From the NCBI GenBank assembly GCA_035708745.1, contig DASTFJ010000250.1, forward strand, positions 76,987 to 140,986: a stretch of 64,000 bases of DNA. The letters are read 5' to 3'. Below, piece after piece: positions 9,369-18,752 of this stretch; position 1 is the stretch's first letter; the number at the start of each line of letters is the position of its first letter. The notes under the pieces are model-generated. The model had not been told where the DNA came from. It did not search any database and was given only the letters and a program-made list of their open reading frames with translations. The translations under genes and the position numbers were made by a program. Source of the DNA: Thermomicrobiales bacterium (GTDB taxonomy: Bacteria; Chloroflexota; Chloroflexia; Thermomicrobiales; UBA6265).

Positions 9369-10238
9369 ATGGCTTCTCCCTCTTCGGTATCCGCGGCCGC
9401 CCCTATCACCCCCAACTGGAAGATCAGCGAGGTGTTGCAAGTTCACCCAGAGTTGCTCGATGTCCTCATCGAGACGGCGCCAGAATTCAAGAAGTTGCGC
9501 AATCCGATCTTGCGACGCGTCCAGAGCAAACTCGTCACCGTGGGCCAGGCAGCCCAGATCGCCGGTCTCGAACCCGCCTATCTGGTCGACCGTCTCAATG
9601 CGGCGGCTGGTATCCAGGGTCCAGTTGCCGACAAGTCCGAGGATTCGAGCTCTTCGATACCGAAACCCGAACCACCGTGGGTAGATGCAGCAACTATCGC
9701 CCAGTGGATCGATGTTCGACCCTACCAGCAACGTGGCGAAGAACCGTTCAGCGCCATCATGGCCGCCATCCGCGAGGTGCCTCGGGGACAGGTGCTGCTG
9801 TTGCGCAATACCTTCGAACCAACTCCCTTGTACGACATTCTCGGCCAACGCGGATTCGAGCACTGGGCGACGCAACTGGGAGAAAGCGACTGGGAAATTC
9901 GCTTCTTCCACGCCGGATCGGCTCGTACGTCGCAGCAACCCGCGAATGCGCCGGACACTGCGCGAGCTCATGACACTTGGGACGACCCCACTTCCACGCT
10001 GACGATCGATGTAAGCGAGCTCGTTCCGCCTGAACCGATGATTCGGATCCTGACCGCCCTCGAGGAGCTACCGGATGGCGCGAGCCTGCTCGTCCATCAT
10101 GTCCGTCGCCCGATGCATCTTTATCCCCGCCTGGATGAGCTCGGATATCACCATGACACCCGCGAGATCGGGCCTGCACAGGTCGAAATTCTCATTGAAA
10201 AGCCTGCAGCCCCAGTCCCGGTGATAGGTGCGCGATGA
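9369..10238 (+). CDS. Fusion protein: DUF1858-like N-terminal domain plus two DUF2249-like domains
   Basis: The N-terminus resembles the 8808 product but lacks CxxC. Two repeats of about 70 aa match the pattern of the 81-aa product at 11578. Confidence 0.75.
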   Translation: MASPSSVSAAAPITPNWKISEVLQVHPELLDVLIETAPEFKKLRNPILRRVQSKLVTVGQAAQIAGLEPAYLVDRLNAAAGIQGPVADKSEDSSSSIPKPEPPWVDAATIAQWIDVRPYQQRGEEPFSAIMAAIREVPRGQVLLLRNTFEPTPLYDILGQRGFEHWATQLGESDWEIRFFHAGSARTSQQPANAPDTARAHDTWDDPTSTLTIDVSELVPPEPMIRILTALEELPDGASLLVHHVRRPMHLYPRLDELGYHHDTREIGPAQVEILIEKPAAPVPVIGAR

Positions 10239-11581
10239 CAGGCGGTCCCGGGGGGCTGAGCTCGAAGCACGGCCCGGCACTCGATCTTCCCGGTCGTTTC
10301 ATGGCGCTCGCCATGCTGATGCTGGCCGTGGTTGCCGTGGTGTCCCCCTGGGCGTATCGATGGCTCATCGATGGGTTCTATGCCCCACAACTCCTGGCGT
10401 TCGTCCATCTCAACACGCTGGGCGTCATCGCGGCCGTGCTCATGGGAGCCAGTTACCAACTCGTCCCGGTGGTCTTGCAGACCCCGATCGCCTCAGTGCG
10501 GCTTGGCCGCCTGTCGTTTTGGTTCTATCTCGCGGGCATCGTCCTGTTCCTGCCCGGTCTGCTCGAACATTGGCGTCCCGGCATAGCCGCCGGTGCCGCG
10601 TTGGTGTTCTCAGCGTTGCTCGTCTATCTCGGTATCGTGGCGCTGACTCTGCACCGGGCGCCATCGTCCGATGTGGTCTCCTGGCACATCGCCGTTTCAC
10701 TCGTCGGCTTGGCTGGAGGCATTGGGGCCGGTTTCCTGCTCGCGCTGAACAAGGGCGCGGGATTCCTCGAGTCCGCAACATTTCGCGTGCTCGCTGCTCA
10801 CGCAACGCTGATGCTGGCTGGCTGGGTCATCATCATGTTGAACGGAGTGGCCTATCGCCTCGTCGGCATGTTCACCCTGTCCGAAGACCGCCTGTGGCGC
10901 CCGGTCGCGTGGGCTGAGCTCGCATGCTCTGCTTCCGGCGCGTGGCTCCTCGCTACCGGCCTCCTTCTGAATGCCCCCCGGTGGTTGCTCGCGGCTGGAG
11001 CGCTAACGATTGTGGGTGGCCAAGCGCTCTTTGGCGCCCAACTGATCCATCTCTACCGAGTGCGCCGCAGGCGCGGATTCGACATTCATATTCAGTTTGC
11101 GCTGGCGGCAATCACCTGCGGGCTACTCTGTTCCGGCTTGCTGGCCGGAGGTCTCCTTACTCACCGTTCGATCGACTCGCCCGTCTGGATAGCGGTGGGC
11201 TGGCTGGCAATTTCCGGAGTGGCCATTACCGCCATTCAGGGGTTCTTCTACAAGATTGCGACCTTTCTCATTTGGCTACACCGATATGCACCCATCGCGG
11301 GCCGCAGCCGCGTTCCTCGTCTCGAGGATCTGTACGACCGGCGAATCGCGAAGACTGGTTGGGCGTTCTGGGTATCCGGGCTGGCGAGCTCGCTCGTCGC
11401 CATCCTAATTTCGAACCGTTCCCTGGCAACGGCCGCGGGTGTCGTGGCACTTGCAGGGTTGGGTTGTTTTCTCGCAAACGCCGGGCGTATCGCCGCACAC
11501 GCGCGGCCCGGCACTGCGGGGAGTGAATTTTCGGCTCGGATTCGGTTTTCCGGAACGGGCAAGGAAGGACAGGTTTCATGA
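10235..11581 (+). CDS. 12-TM integral membrane protein with intramembrane histidines, family unassigned
   Basis: 448 aa. I count about 12 hydrophobic helices. ATGA overlaps at both ends (10235-10238 and 11578-11581). Confidence 0.75.
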   Translation: MTGGPGGLSSKHGPALDLPGRFMALAMLMLAVVAVVSPWAYRWLIDGFYAPQLLAFVHLNTLGVIAAVLMGASYQLVPVVLQTPIASVRLGRLSFWFYLAGIVLFLPGLLEHWRPGIAAGAALVFSALLVYLGIVALTLHRAPSSDVVSWHIAVSLVGLAGGIGAGFLLALNKGAGFLESATFRVLAAHATLMLAGWVIIMLNGVAYRLVGMFTLSEDRLWRPVAWAELACSASGAWLLATGLLLNAPRWLLAAGALTIVGGQALFGAQLIHLYRVRRRRGFDIHIQFALAAITCGLLCSGLLAGGLLTHRSIDSPVWIAVGWLAISGVAITAIQGFFYKIATFLIWLHRYAPIAGRSRVPRLEDLYDRRIAKTGWAFWVSGLASSLVAILISNRSLATAAGVVALAGLGCFLANAGRIAAHARPGTAGSEFSARIRFSGTGKEGQVS

Positions 11582-11823
11582 CCGACAAGACCGCTGCTAC
11601 CGTCGAGGTCGACGTGCGAAACATGGTGCCACGCGAGCGGCATCCGTTGATTTTCGCCACCATCGATGAGCTCGCCGCCGGCGAAACGATGCTGCTCATC
11701 AATGATCACGATCCCAAGCCACTGTATTATCAACTGATGGCCGAGCGCGCCGGTCAGGTTGGCTGGGAATATATCGAAAACGGCCCCACGGTTTGGCAGG
11801 TTCAAATCACAAAGCTCGGTTGA
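11578..11823 (+). CDS. DUF2249 domain protein
   Basis: 81 aa. The pattern VDVRNMVPRERHPLIFATIDELAAGETMLLINDHDPKPLYYQL is typical of DUF2249. Confidence 0.75.
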   Translation: MTDKTAATVEVDVRNMVPRERHPLIFATIDELAAGETMLLINDHDPKPLYYQLMAERAGQVGWEYIENGPTVWQVQITKLG

Positions 11824-11836
11824 ACTCGTAACGATT

Positions 11837-11869
11837 CGGCATCTGGCGACGTTGTGTCGCCCGATGCCG
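11837..11869 (+). terminator. Strong hairpin after the operon; no U tract
   Basis: CGGCAUC-U-GGCGAC / GUUGU / GUCGCC-C-GAUGCCG gives 13 bp with one mismatch. Confidence 0.45.
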
Positions 11870-11905
11870 CCCGCCAATCCCTAGGCAGGCCGCAACCGCA
11901 CCCAC

Positions 11906-12163
11906 GTGCGCGGACAAGACTTTGTGACGAACGAGCAACGCAAGCGACATGGCGCCGGTGGGAAGTCGGAAGACTCAGCGTCCCGCCCTCAACAGCAACT
12001 CGATCGACCGCCCAAATCGGGTACCGGTCGGGTCGTGCAAGGCAATCCGGAAAAGAAAACATCGTCAGAACGTCCAGATGTTGTCGAGGAAGCATCGGAA
12101 GATTCGTTTCCAGCAAGCGATCCCCCGAACTGGGCAACCGGACAGCAACGAAACCCCGGATGA
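11906..12163 (+). CDS. Small hydrophilic protein with a C-terminal DSFPASDPP motif
   Basis: 85-aa ORF with a GTG start. The SFPASDPP motif recurs in small conserved bacterial proteins (from memory). The start is uncertain. Confidence 0.45.
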   Translation: MRGQDFVTNEQRKRHGAGGKSEDSASRPQQQLDRPPKSGTGRVVQGNPEKKTSSERPDVVEEASEDSFPASDPPNWATGQQRNPG

Positions 12164-12227
12164 CACCAACCGAAGCGAAGAGCCTTGGTTTCCTGGCTCA
12201 TCCCGATGTGCGAAATGAGTTTCACCG

Positions 12228-13379
12228 ATGACAACCCCACTCCCCGACTGGGATCCTCGCGATCCCGCGATTTTGCAGGACCAGCGCGCGGCCTACGATG
12301 CCATGCGCCAGCGCTGCCCGGTCGCCTATAGCGAGTTTCTGGGCTGGTCGCTCTTCAGGCACGACGACATCGAACGCGTCCTGGACGATCCAGCGACATT
12401 TCGAAGCGCATCCCGCCACAGGGCAGTTCCCAATAGCCTGGACCCACCCGAGCACACTCTGTTCCGGCAGGCAATCGAACCGTTCTTCGAAGCCGAAACG
12501 ATGCTGGCATTCGAACCCCGCTGTCGGACCATCGCCGCCGAACTCACCGTCAACTCGATCCGCCGGGGCGAATTGGAATTCGCTCAGGAATTTGCCGAAC
12601 ACTTTGCACTTCGCTCGGCATGCGCGTTTCTTGGCTGGCCCGAGGACGATTGGATCGACCTGCAAGGCTGGACGCATGGCAATCAGGATGCGGCGCTCTC
12701 GCGTGACCGCGCTGCCGGACAAGCTCTCGCCGCGCAATTAGAACGCCACGTCGATACCGCCATTCGCGCGCGCAGAGCCGGCGCCATTCGATCCGACCAC
12801 GATCTCACCACTTGCCTCATGGCAACCCAGGTGGACGGGCAGGCCCTCTCCGACGATGACATAGTGAGCATCCTGCGCAACTGGATCGCCGGACATGGCA
12901 CCGTCGCAGCAGGATTGGGCATTCTGGTCTTCCACCTGGCACAGGATCTCGACCTGCAACACCGACTCCGCGCTGATCCCGCGCTCATTGGACCGGCCGT
13001 GGACGAGATTCTGCGCGTCGATGACCCACTCGTCGCTAATCGCCGCACCACTGCGCACGCGGTCGACATCGGCGAGCGTCACATTCCCGTTGACGCAAAA
13101 CTGACCTTGATGTGGATTGCTGCTAATCGCGACGAAAACGCATTCGCCAGCCCCGATGTCATCGACCTCGATCGCGATCAGCGGCAAAATCTCGTTTTCG
13201 GCGCGGGCATTCACGATTGCGTTGGTGCGCCGCTGGCTCGTCTCGAGTTGCGAGTCGCGTTGGAAGAGCTCCTTGGCCAAACGTCGGCAATCGCGCCGGG
13301 AACGTCGGACGCTCCGGTTCGCGCCGTCTATCCGGGCAACGGCTTCCGGAAGTTGCCGATCAGCTTGGCTGGCGCGTGA
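12228..13379 (+). CDS. Cytochrome P450
   Basis: Heme-binding loop FGAGIHDCVGAPLA (FxxGxHxCxG) and EILRVDDP (ExxR). Confidence 0.9.
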   Translation: MTTPLPDWDPRDPAILQDQRAAYDAMRQRCPVAYSEFLGWSLFRHDDIERVLDDPATFRSASRHRAVPNSLDPPEHTLFRQAIEPFFEAETMLAFEPRCRTIAAELTVNSIRRGELEFAQEFAEHFALRSACAFLGWPEDDWIDLQGWTHGNQDAALSRDRAAGQALAAQLERHVDTAIRARRAGAIRSDHDLTTCLMATQVDGQALSDDDIVSILRNWIAGHGTVAAGLGILVFHLAQDLDLQHRLRADPALIGPAVDEILRVDDPLVANRRTTAHAVDIGERHIPVDAKLTLMWIAANRDENAFASPDVIDLDRDQRQNLVFGAGIHDCVGAPLARLELRVALEELLGQTSAIAPGTSDAPVRAVYPGNGFRKLPISLAGA

Positions 13380-13576
13380 GTATCGACTCCAGTCGCAAAG
13401 TTTCGAACGAATGAGAGAAGGATTCACCTGGCTCAGTTCGAACTGTCCTGGCCGCCTTCGAACCCAACCTGGCCCGGAGCCCGTGGGTAAATACAATCAG
13501 CGAGAAGTCACTGAGTGGCCGGCTGGAGTAGAATGCACCAGGTTGCCGGGAACCGCGGTTTCCCGCCAGCGCATCT

Positions 13577-13649
13577 GCGCCCGTAGCTCAGTGGATAGAG
13601 CGCTTGCCTCCGGAGCAAGAGGTCGCGTGTTCGAGTCACGCCGGGCGTA
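13577..13649 (+). tRNA. tRNA-Arg (anticodon CCG)
   Basis: Hand-folded cloverleaf: acceptor GCGCCCG/CGGGCGU (G1-U72 wobble), D arm GCUC-AGUGGAUA-GAGC, anticodon arm CUUGC-CUCCGGA-GCAAG, T arm GCGUG-UUCGAGU-CACGC. No encoded CCA. Confidence 0.9.
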
Positions 13650-13667
13650 CCCCTAAAGCCCCAGTGT

Positions 13668-14040
13668 TTATGCGAGTTTCTCCCAATTGTGACAACTGTC
13701 GCGCTTGGGTGTTTTTCCTCTTGTGCACGATTTGTTCACGCGCCAGGTCAGGTCACTCGTAGTCGACAGCCGCAAGTGACCTGAGCGCTCACTCACCACC
13801 CTGAGTGGCACCGTCCGCAAAATGAGCCAGCGGGTGTGTCGCAAATCGTGAATCTGGATCCTCCGCACGAAGGTATCCTCGATGATGCGTAGAAGCGCGC
13901 GGGGACGGTCCGCATCGCCGTGGACGAGCTTAAACCCACGACAGGCTCACAATTTGACTTTGTGGCCAGCCATACCACCTTCAGCAGATCTGAACAGTGA
14001 CGAGCTGCCCGGAATTTCACGAATTCCATTTTGTCGCATG
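13668..14040 (-). pseudogene. Tyrosine recombinase (phage-type integrase) relic, C-terminal part only
   Basis: IHDLRHT...VVSERSGH...STTSDLTWRV, where the expected catalytic Tyr position reads Thr. The upstream box-I-like part (SSSTAMRTVPA, RHCSDLLKVVW) is in another frame. The N-terminus is missing because the next gene starts at 14224. Confidence 0.65.
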
Positions 14041-14223
14041 TCCGCAATACGCCTTTTGGGTGACCGCGCGCATCGATCTCCGCGACATACTGGATACAGC
14101 CAGGAACGGCCAAGTGCCAAGCGGGGCACACGCAGTTCGAGGCCCGGGTTCGACAGCATGCTGTGGCGCCCGCTGATCGACACGTCGACTCTAAGGTGGA
14201 AACATCTGGATGGAGACCACACC

Positions 14224-14739
14224 ATGAGCGAAACGACAACCACTCTGATGGCAGCCACATACCCCAACGAGGAACACGCGCGGACCATCCTCGATATGCT
14301 CGAATCGATGTATCGTGCCCTGACGATCGATCTCAAGGACGCCGTTATGGTGACCAAAGAGGACGATGGCAAGATTAAGGTGCACGAGACGACCGATGTC
14401 TCCACCCGCAAAGGGCTGAAGCGGGGCGCCATTGCCGGCGGGGTGCTCGGCCTCATCTTTCCGCCCAGCTTGCTCATAACCGCGGCGGCGGGCGGCGGTA
14501 TCGGCGCTCTGTGGGGCAAGATCAAGGACAGCGGCGTGAAGCACGACGACGTCAAGAACCTAGCCGACAAGCTGGCGCCCGGTCAGGCAGCGCTCATCGT
14601 ATTGGTCGACAACGGGAGCGTTGTTGCCACACAGCTGGCGTTAGGCTCTTACGAAGGGGAACTGGTGACGAAACCCGTGAGCGACGCCGAGCTCAAGGAA
14701 CTCTATGAGCGGCAAGGGCGGGAATGGACTTCAGAATAG
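14224..14739 (+). CDS. DUF1269-family membrane protein (paralog 1)
   Basis: Soluble N-terminal domain, central glycine-zipper segment GAIAGGVLGLIFPPSLLITAAAGGGIGALWG, and a C-terminal domain. Confidence 0.8.
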   Translation: MSETTTTLMAATYPNEEHARTILDMLESMYRALTIDLKDAVMVTKEDDGKIKVHETTDVSTRKGLKRGAIAGGVLGLIFPPSLLITAAAGGGIGALWGKIKDSGVKHDDVKNLADKLAPGQAALIVLVDNGSVVATQLALGSYEGELVTKPVSDAELKELYERQGREWTSE

Positions 14740-14855
14740 GTAGCGTCTGTCTCTTTCGACCGGTGCTCACTCAGGGTCCCAGTGCGCGGATCGAGAATGG
14801 TATTCGTATTCTCATGGAGACCGCAGGGTAGAGCTGGGCCCTGGATGGACCGGCA

Positions 14856-16280
14856 TTAGAGGGAGGAATCGTCGCCACCCATAATCTGCTGATCCTCGGA
14901 GCGCTCATCGATCAGGAAATGCCCCGCATCGCCGCGCTGAATTGGTTCGTCGGAGGTGTGGCGGAAACTGTAGCGCACCAGCAGCAGCACAATGCCGCCG
15001 GATACCAGCGGCGCTACGAGGAACACATACTTGGGCCCAGTAAAGGTGGCGACGATACCCAAAATAAAAACTGAGGCGAGATTGAATGCATTTTGCTGAA
15101 CTTGCTGTAGACCGAAGATGCCTCCCTGCTCGATGATCGGTACGTGGCGATTGATATAGACCTGCACCGACTGGCTGGCTGCGGTCGAACCGAGGTTGGC
15201 AGGCAACGCGATAATTCCAGCGGCTAGCACAAGCTGGCTGAGTTGGATTCCGAATAAGGGTTCGAGGAGTCGCAGCGGGTTTAGCCAAGCGACATACGGC
15301 GCCACCGTGTCGATTGCACCGAGCATGAACGCCCCGACAATCATGAGAACGAGCGAGTAGACCGCCAGACGCCGCTCACCGAAGCGATGGATCAGTCGAG
15401 GTCCGCCTACCGCCCCGATAAGGTAACCAATGCCGGCCGGCGCGAAGATATAAATGCTATTTGCAGGATCCTCATCGAGCACTTCGCGCACATAGACAGG
15501 CAGAAGCGAATTGATTCCTTCGAAAAGCGCAGCGCACGTAATACCGACAAGAAGCATCGACCCAACGGGGCGGTGAGTCATGAGCCAGTTGGCGTTGTAT
15601 TTGAGGGAGAGCGCTCTCGGTTTCCAATTCAACACAGTGATGGATTCCCGCAGGCTTTTGCTCCCCGCCGCCTCCTTGTTCGGAAGTTTGTAAATACGGA
15701 CCGCGCCGATCAGGTACAAAAGGCCGCCAACGAGAAGGACGGCATTGATGCTGAAGAATTTGATCAAGAGGGGGGCGATAAACGATGAGCCGATAGCCGA
15801 ACCAATAGAGCCGAGCACGTTTACCAATGCGCCGGTGGTGGCTACCTCTGACGGAGTCGAAACAACCGCCACGATTGATTTCAAACCGGGGGAGATCACC
15901 TGGGCCATCGCGCTGGTCAAGAAGATCAGCACCAGCATGGGGACGATTTCAGTTCCAAAAAGTAGTGGAAGAACCAGGCAAAGCGAGGCTTGAATGATGA
16001 AGCTGATGGCCAACGTTCGCTGTTTTGGAGCACTATCGGCCAGCATGCCTCCTTGCAAGCCGAAGAGCAACGCTGCCAGATAAGACGCTGAGTTTGCTAG
16101 CGAGATCTGGAATTGAGAGGCGCCCTCTGTGGCTAGAAAGACCATGACGCCATAGGAAAGTGTCGACCCCGCCATTTTCGCAGCGAAGCGTGAAACCGAG
16201 AGGATCCGGACCTCTGCCTGTTTCAGGACATCGCGATACGTGACAGGTGCTGAGGTAGGCACTGAAGCGGCGTCGATCAT
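14856..16280 (-). CDS. MFS transporter
   Basis: 474 aa, with about 12 TM helices by eye. Confidence 0.85.
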   Translation of the reverse strand: MIDAASVPTSAPVTYRDVLKQAEVRILSVSRFAAKMAGSTLSYGVMVFLATEGASQFQISLANSASYLAALLFGLQGGMLADSAPKQRTLAISFIIQASLCLVLPLLFGTEIVPMLVLIFLTSAMAQVISPGLKSIVAVVSTPSEVATTGALVNVLGSIGSAIGSSFIAPLLIKFFSINAVLLVGGLLYLIGAVRIYKLPNKEAAGSKSLRESITVLNWKPRALSLKYNANWLMTHRPVGSMLLVGITCAALFEGINSLLPVYVREVLDEDPANSIYIFAPAGIGYLIGAVGGPRLIHRFGERRLAVYSLVLMIVGAFMLGAIDTVAPYVAWLNPLRLLEPLFGIQLSQLVLAAGIIALPANLGSTAASQSVQVYINRHVPIIEQGGIFGLQQVQQNAFNLASVFILGIVATFTGPKYVFLVAPLVSGGIVLLLVRYSFRHTSDEPIQRGDAGHFLIDERSEDQQIMGGDDSSL

Positions 16281-16453
16281 CGCAGTCTCAGGGTGTCAAT
16301 TCCGATACGTCGTCGCCAGCATATCCCGGCTGTGGGGGAATGTAATTCCACCTAAAGAGGTATTCGATTCGGTTCGGCGTCCTGATAATCTGAAGCTGTT
16401 GTCGCATTTGCGGCGAGATAGTCCGAGCTGCTTCAGGAAAGTGGGATGCCACG

Positions 16454-16756
16454 ATGTGCTGTATCTTTTCGATCCTCGTCTTTCTTGGGCCGCGCTTCGG
16501 TCTGATCGTCTGGTATCTGTACCAACCAGGTCGCTTCGACCGTGTGTTCGACGGCTGGATTGCCCCGGTTCTCGGCTGGATTTTCTTGCCTTGGACCACG
16601 CTCATGTGGGTTTCGGTCGGGCTTAGCGGCGTGAGCGGCACCGATTGGATCTGGATCGGTCTGGCACTGCTTGCAGATATCGCGACCTATGCGGGTGGCG
16701 GCTGGCGCAACAAAGATCAGGTCAGCGGCTACGCTACCCAGTACACCGCTCGGTAA
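16454..16756 (+). CDS. Small Trp-rich membrane protein
   Basis: 100 aa with 3 hydrophobic segments, followed by a strong terminator. Confidence 0.55.
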   Translation: MCCIFSILVFLGPRFGLIVWYLYQPGRFDRVFDGWIAPVLGWIFLPWTTLMWVSVGLSGVSGTDWIWIGLALLADIATYAGGGWRNKDQVSGYATQYTAR

Positions 16757-16774
16757 CGAGGGTTAACGAACTGG

Positions 16775-16809
16775 CCAGGCCGTGCCGAAAATGGCGCGGC
16801 CTGGTTTTT
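16775..16809 (+). terminator. Rho-independent terminator
   Basis: 12-bp stem (16775-16786 / 16793-16804, one G-U pair), loop GAAAAU, then UUUUU. Confidence 0.8.
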
Positions 16810-17089
16810 GCCGGGTGCTTGGAAGATCCCTGTGTGAACCCCAGACTCATGCAGATTCTCGCCGCTGGACGAGCAGGTTCATTCCGGCGTGCCCGGCCCT
16901 TCCATGAGACTTCCTCTCCTGAAGAGTTCGGTCCGTCGAAGCACCGAGCGACAAGAGAGGCACGAATACTCTGAATGGAATTAAGCTCTCACTGTCTGCT
17001 GTGATCAGCGGACATCTTCGAGATACGGTTCGGAGCCATCGCCGAAGGAATACCAGAACCGGATGTTGCCACGGGGTCAGGGCCGACGG

Positions 17090-17836
17090 TTAGCTGACAC
17101 TTGGAAGTGAGACGCTCAATATGGTCAGCGGCTGCTCTCGGCTTTCTGGCTTGCCCATGACAACAAAGACATATGAGGTGTTCGGCTCGATTTCGACTTG
17201 TTCCTGTTCGAGGACGACATTGTCTGTCCCGGCCTCTGTTACGCGTAGATCGAAGCTCCCGGTCCGCGTGGGGCCGCCCGCGGTCGAAGCGCCATATTGC
17301 AGATCCTCGACGAGCGGAGTCAGATTGCCAATCGGAATCCGACGGCTGGATTCGGAGGCATAGAGGTCGAGCGCCGGCGCCTCGGCCGCGGCATGGACTC
17401 CGATCGAACGGGCGTCGCCGATCAAAGGTTTGCGGAGGTCGAGGAGGACCGGGATGACGAAAAAGTCCGAGATCACAACCACGTAGGTCTGTCCCGGCTC
17501 GGTTGGGATCATTGTGTTAAAGATGTCGCGGTCGACCCCCCACGAGACGTTCTGTCTGATGATCACAACAGTCCCTGTCGCTGTTCCCTGGAGCTCGTCC
17601 GACGTTTTACCGTAGGCGAGTTTTTCAACCACACGGTGCTCGCTCGAGTCACCATTGATGTAGACATCGACATTGTCGAGCGCAGTCAAGGCATTGACAA
17701 ACACTAGCCCGACCACGGGTTCGCCGCTTTCCGGGCTGGCTTCTTGAGCCGACATGCCGATTCCCGGAGCGCCCAATAACAGAACGAGTACCAAAAACCC
17801 ACCGGTACAGATCTTGTTGAACCCATTGATCCACAT
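17090..17836 (-). CDS. DUF4397 domain protein, secreted (paralog 1)
   Basis: ATG at 17836 (MWINGF) follows AGGAGGA. Signal-like N-terminus. VDVYINGDS...LAYGKTS pattern. Confidence 0.75.
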   Translation of the reverse strand: MWINGFNKICTGGFLVLVLLLGAPGIGMSAQEASPESGEPVVGLVFVNALTALDNVDVYINGDSSEHRVVEKLAYGKTSDELQGTATGTVVIIRQNVSWGVDRDIFNTMIPTEPGQTYVVVISDFFVIPVLLDLRKPLIGDARSIGVHAAAEAPALDLYASESSRRIPIGNLTPLVEDLQYGASTAGGPTRTGSFDLRVTEAGTDNVVLEQEQVEIEPNTSYVFVVMGKPESREQPLTILSVSLPSVS

Positions 17837-17986
17837 GCCGTCATCCTCCTTCAGTTGAGTCAAGACACCACCAGCCAAATACAACGTGGCGGTGGTTCAG
17901 GACGCGGAAGGTCGCTCGGATTTGCGACTAATTTGCTAATTCCGCTGAATGACGCTCGTTCGCCAAATTGAACCCCTCCATCATGT

Positions 17987-18742
17987 CTATGTGAAGTCGA
18001 TAGCAGCGGAGTTCGGCAGGGCGGTTTCACGAATGACGACCATTGCGATAAAGTAGAGGATTGGAATCCCGGCATAAATCCCAAGACTGATCGTCGGTCG
18101 TTGATCTGCCAGGACGATCGCAATGCCGCTGCAAGTGACCTGTGCGACCTGCAGTCCACTGCCGATCCGGCGCGAGCGACGATCGATCGGCGCGAAGAGG
18201 ATGTACGGCTTTCCCGTCGCATAGAACCAAATCGCCAGTCGCGATATCGAGACCCCGATGAGGAGCGCCCCATAGAGCTTCAGCGCAGTCGCATCACGAT
18301 CGAATTTGGCGAGCAGCGAAGCACCGAATGGGATCATGCAGAGGGGAAGCAGATAGATGATATTTAGCCAGACCAGTGTGGGATTTGTGCGTTCGATCAA
18401 AGCGAAAAGATCGCGGTGTCCCGCCCAGGCGATAGCAACAACGACGAAGCTAATGAGAAAGGCGATAAACGATGGCTGGATTTCCCGGACAGCGTCGGAG
18501 AGCGATTGCCCGGCGTTGAGATCCGGTACATGGATTTCGAGCACGAGCAACGTCAGGATGATGGCGAAGACGCCGTCGCTCAGGGCCAGTACCCGCCCCG
18601 GATCTCGGGTCCGCTCGAGGAGAGCGGAATCGGTTGTACTCTGCATCGTACCTGTCTCCGCTTGCACCGCAACTTGGCCACGGCGCCTATTGGCATCTAC
18701 GGGAGTTATCCTGCGGCCCGCAGCCTCCGGATCGTCGGACAT
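17987..18742 (-). CDS. TMEM175/DUF1211 family potassium channel
   Basis: RVLALSDGVFAIILTLLVLE signature. Confidence 0.8.
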   Translation of the reverse strand: MSDDPEAAGRRITPVDANRRRGQVAVQAETGTMQSTTDSALLERTRDPGRVLALSDGVFAIILTLLVLEIHVPDLNAGQSLSDAVREIQPSFIAFLISFVVVAIAWAGHRDLFALIERTNPTLVWLNIIYLLPLCMIPFGASLLAKFDRDATALKLYGALLIGVSISRLAIWFYATGKPYILFAPIDRRSRRIGSGLQVAQVTCSGIAIVLADQRPTISLGIYAGIPILYFIAMVVIRETALPNSAAIDFT

Positions 18743-18752
18743 GAGGTGCTTT

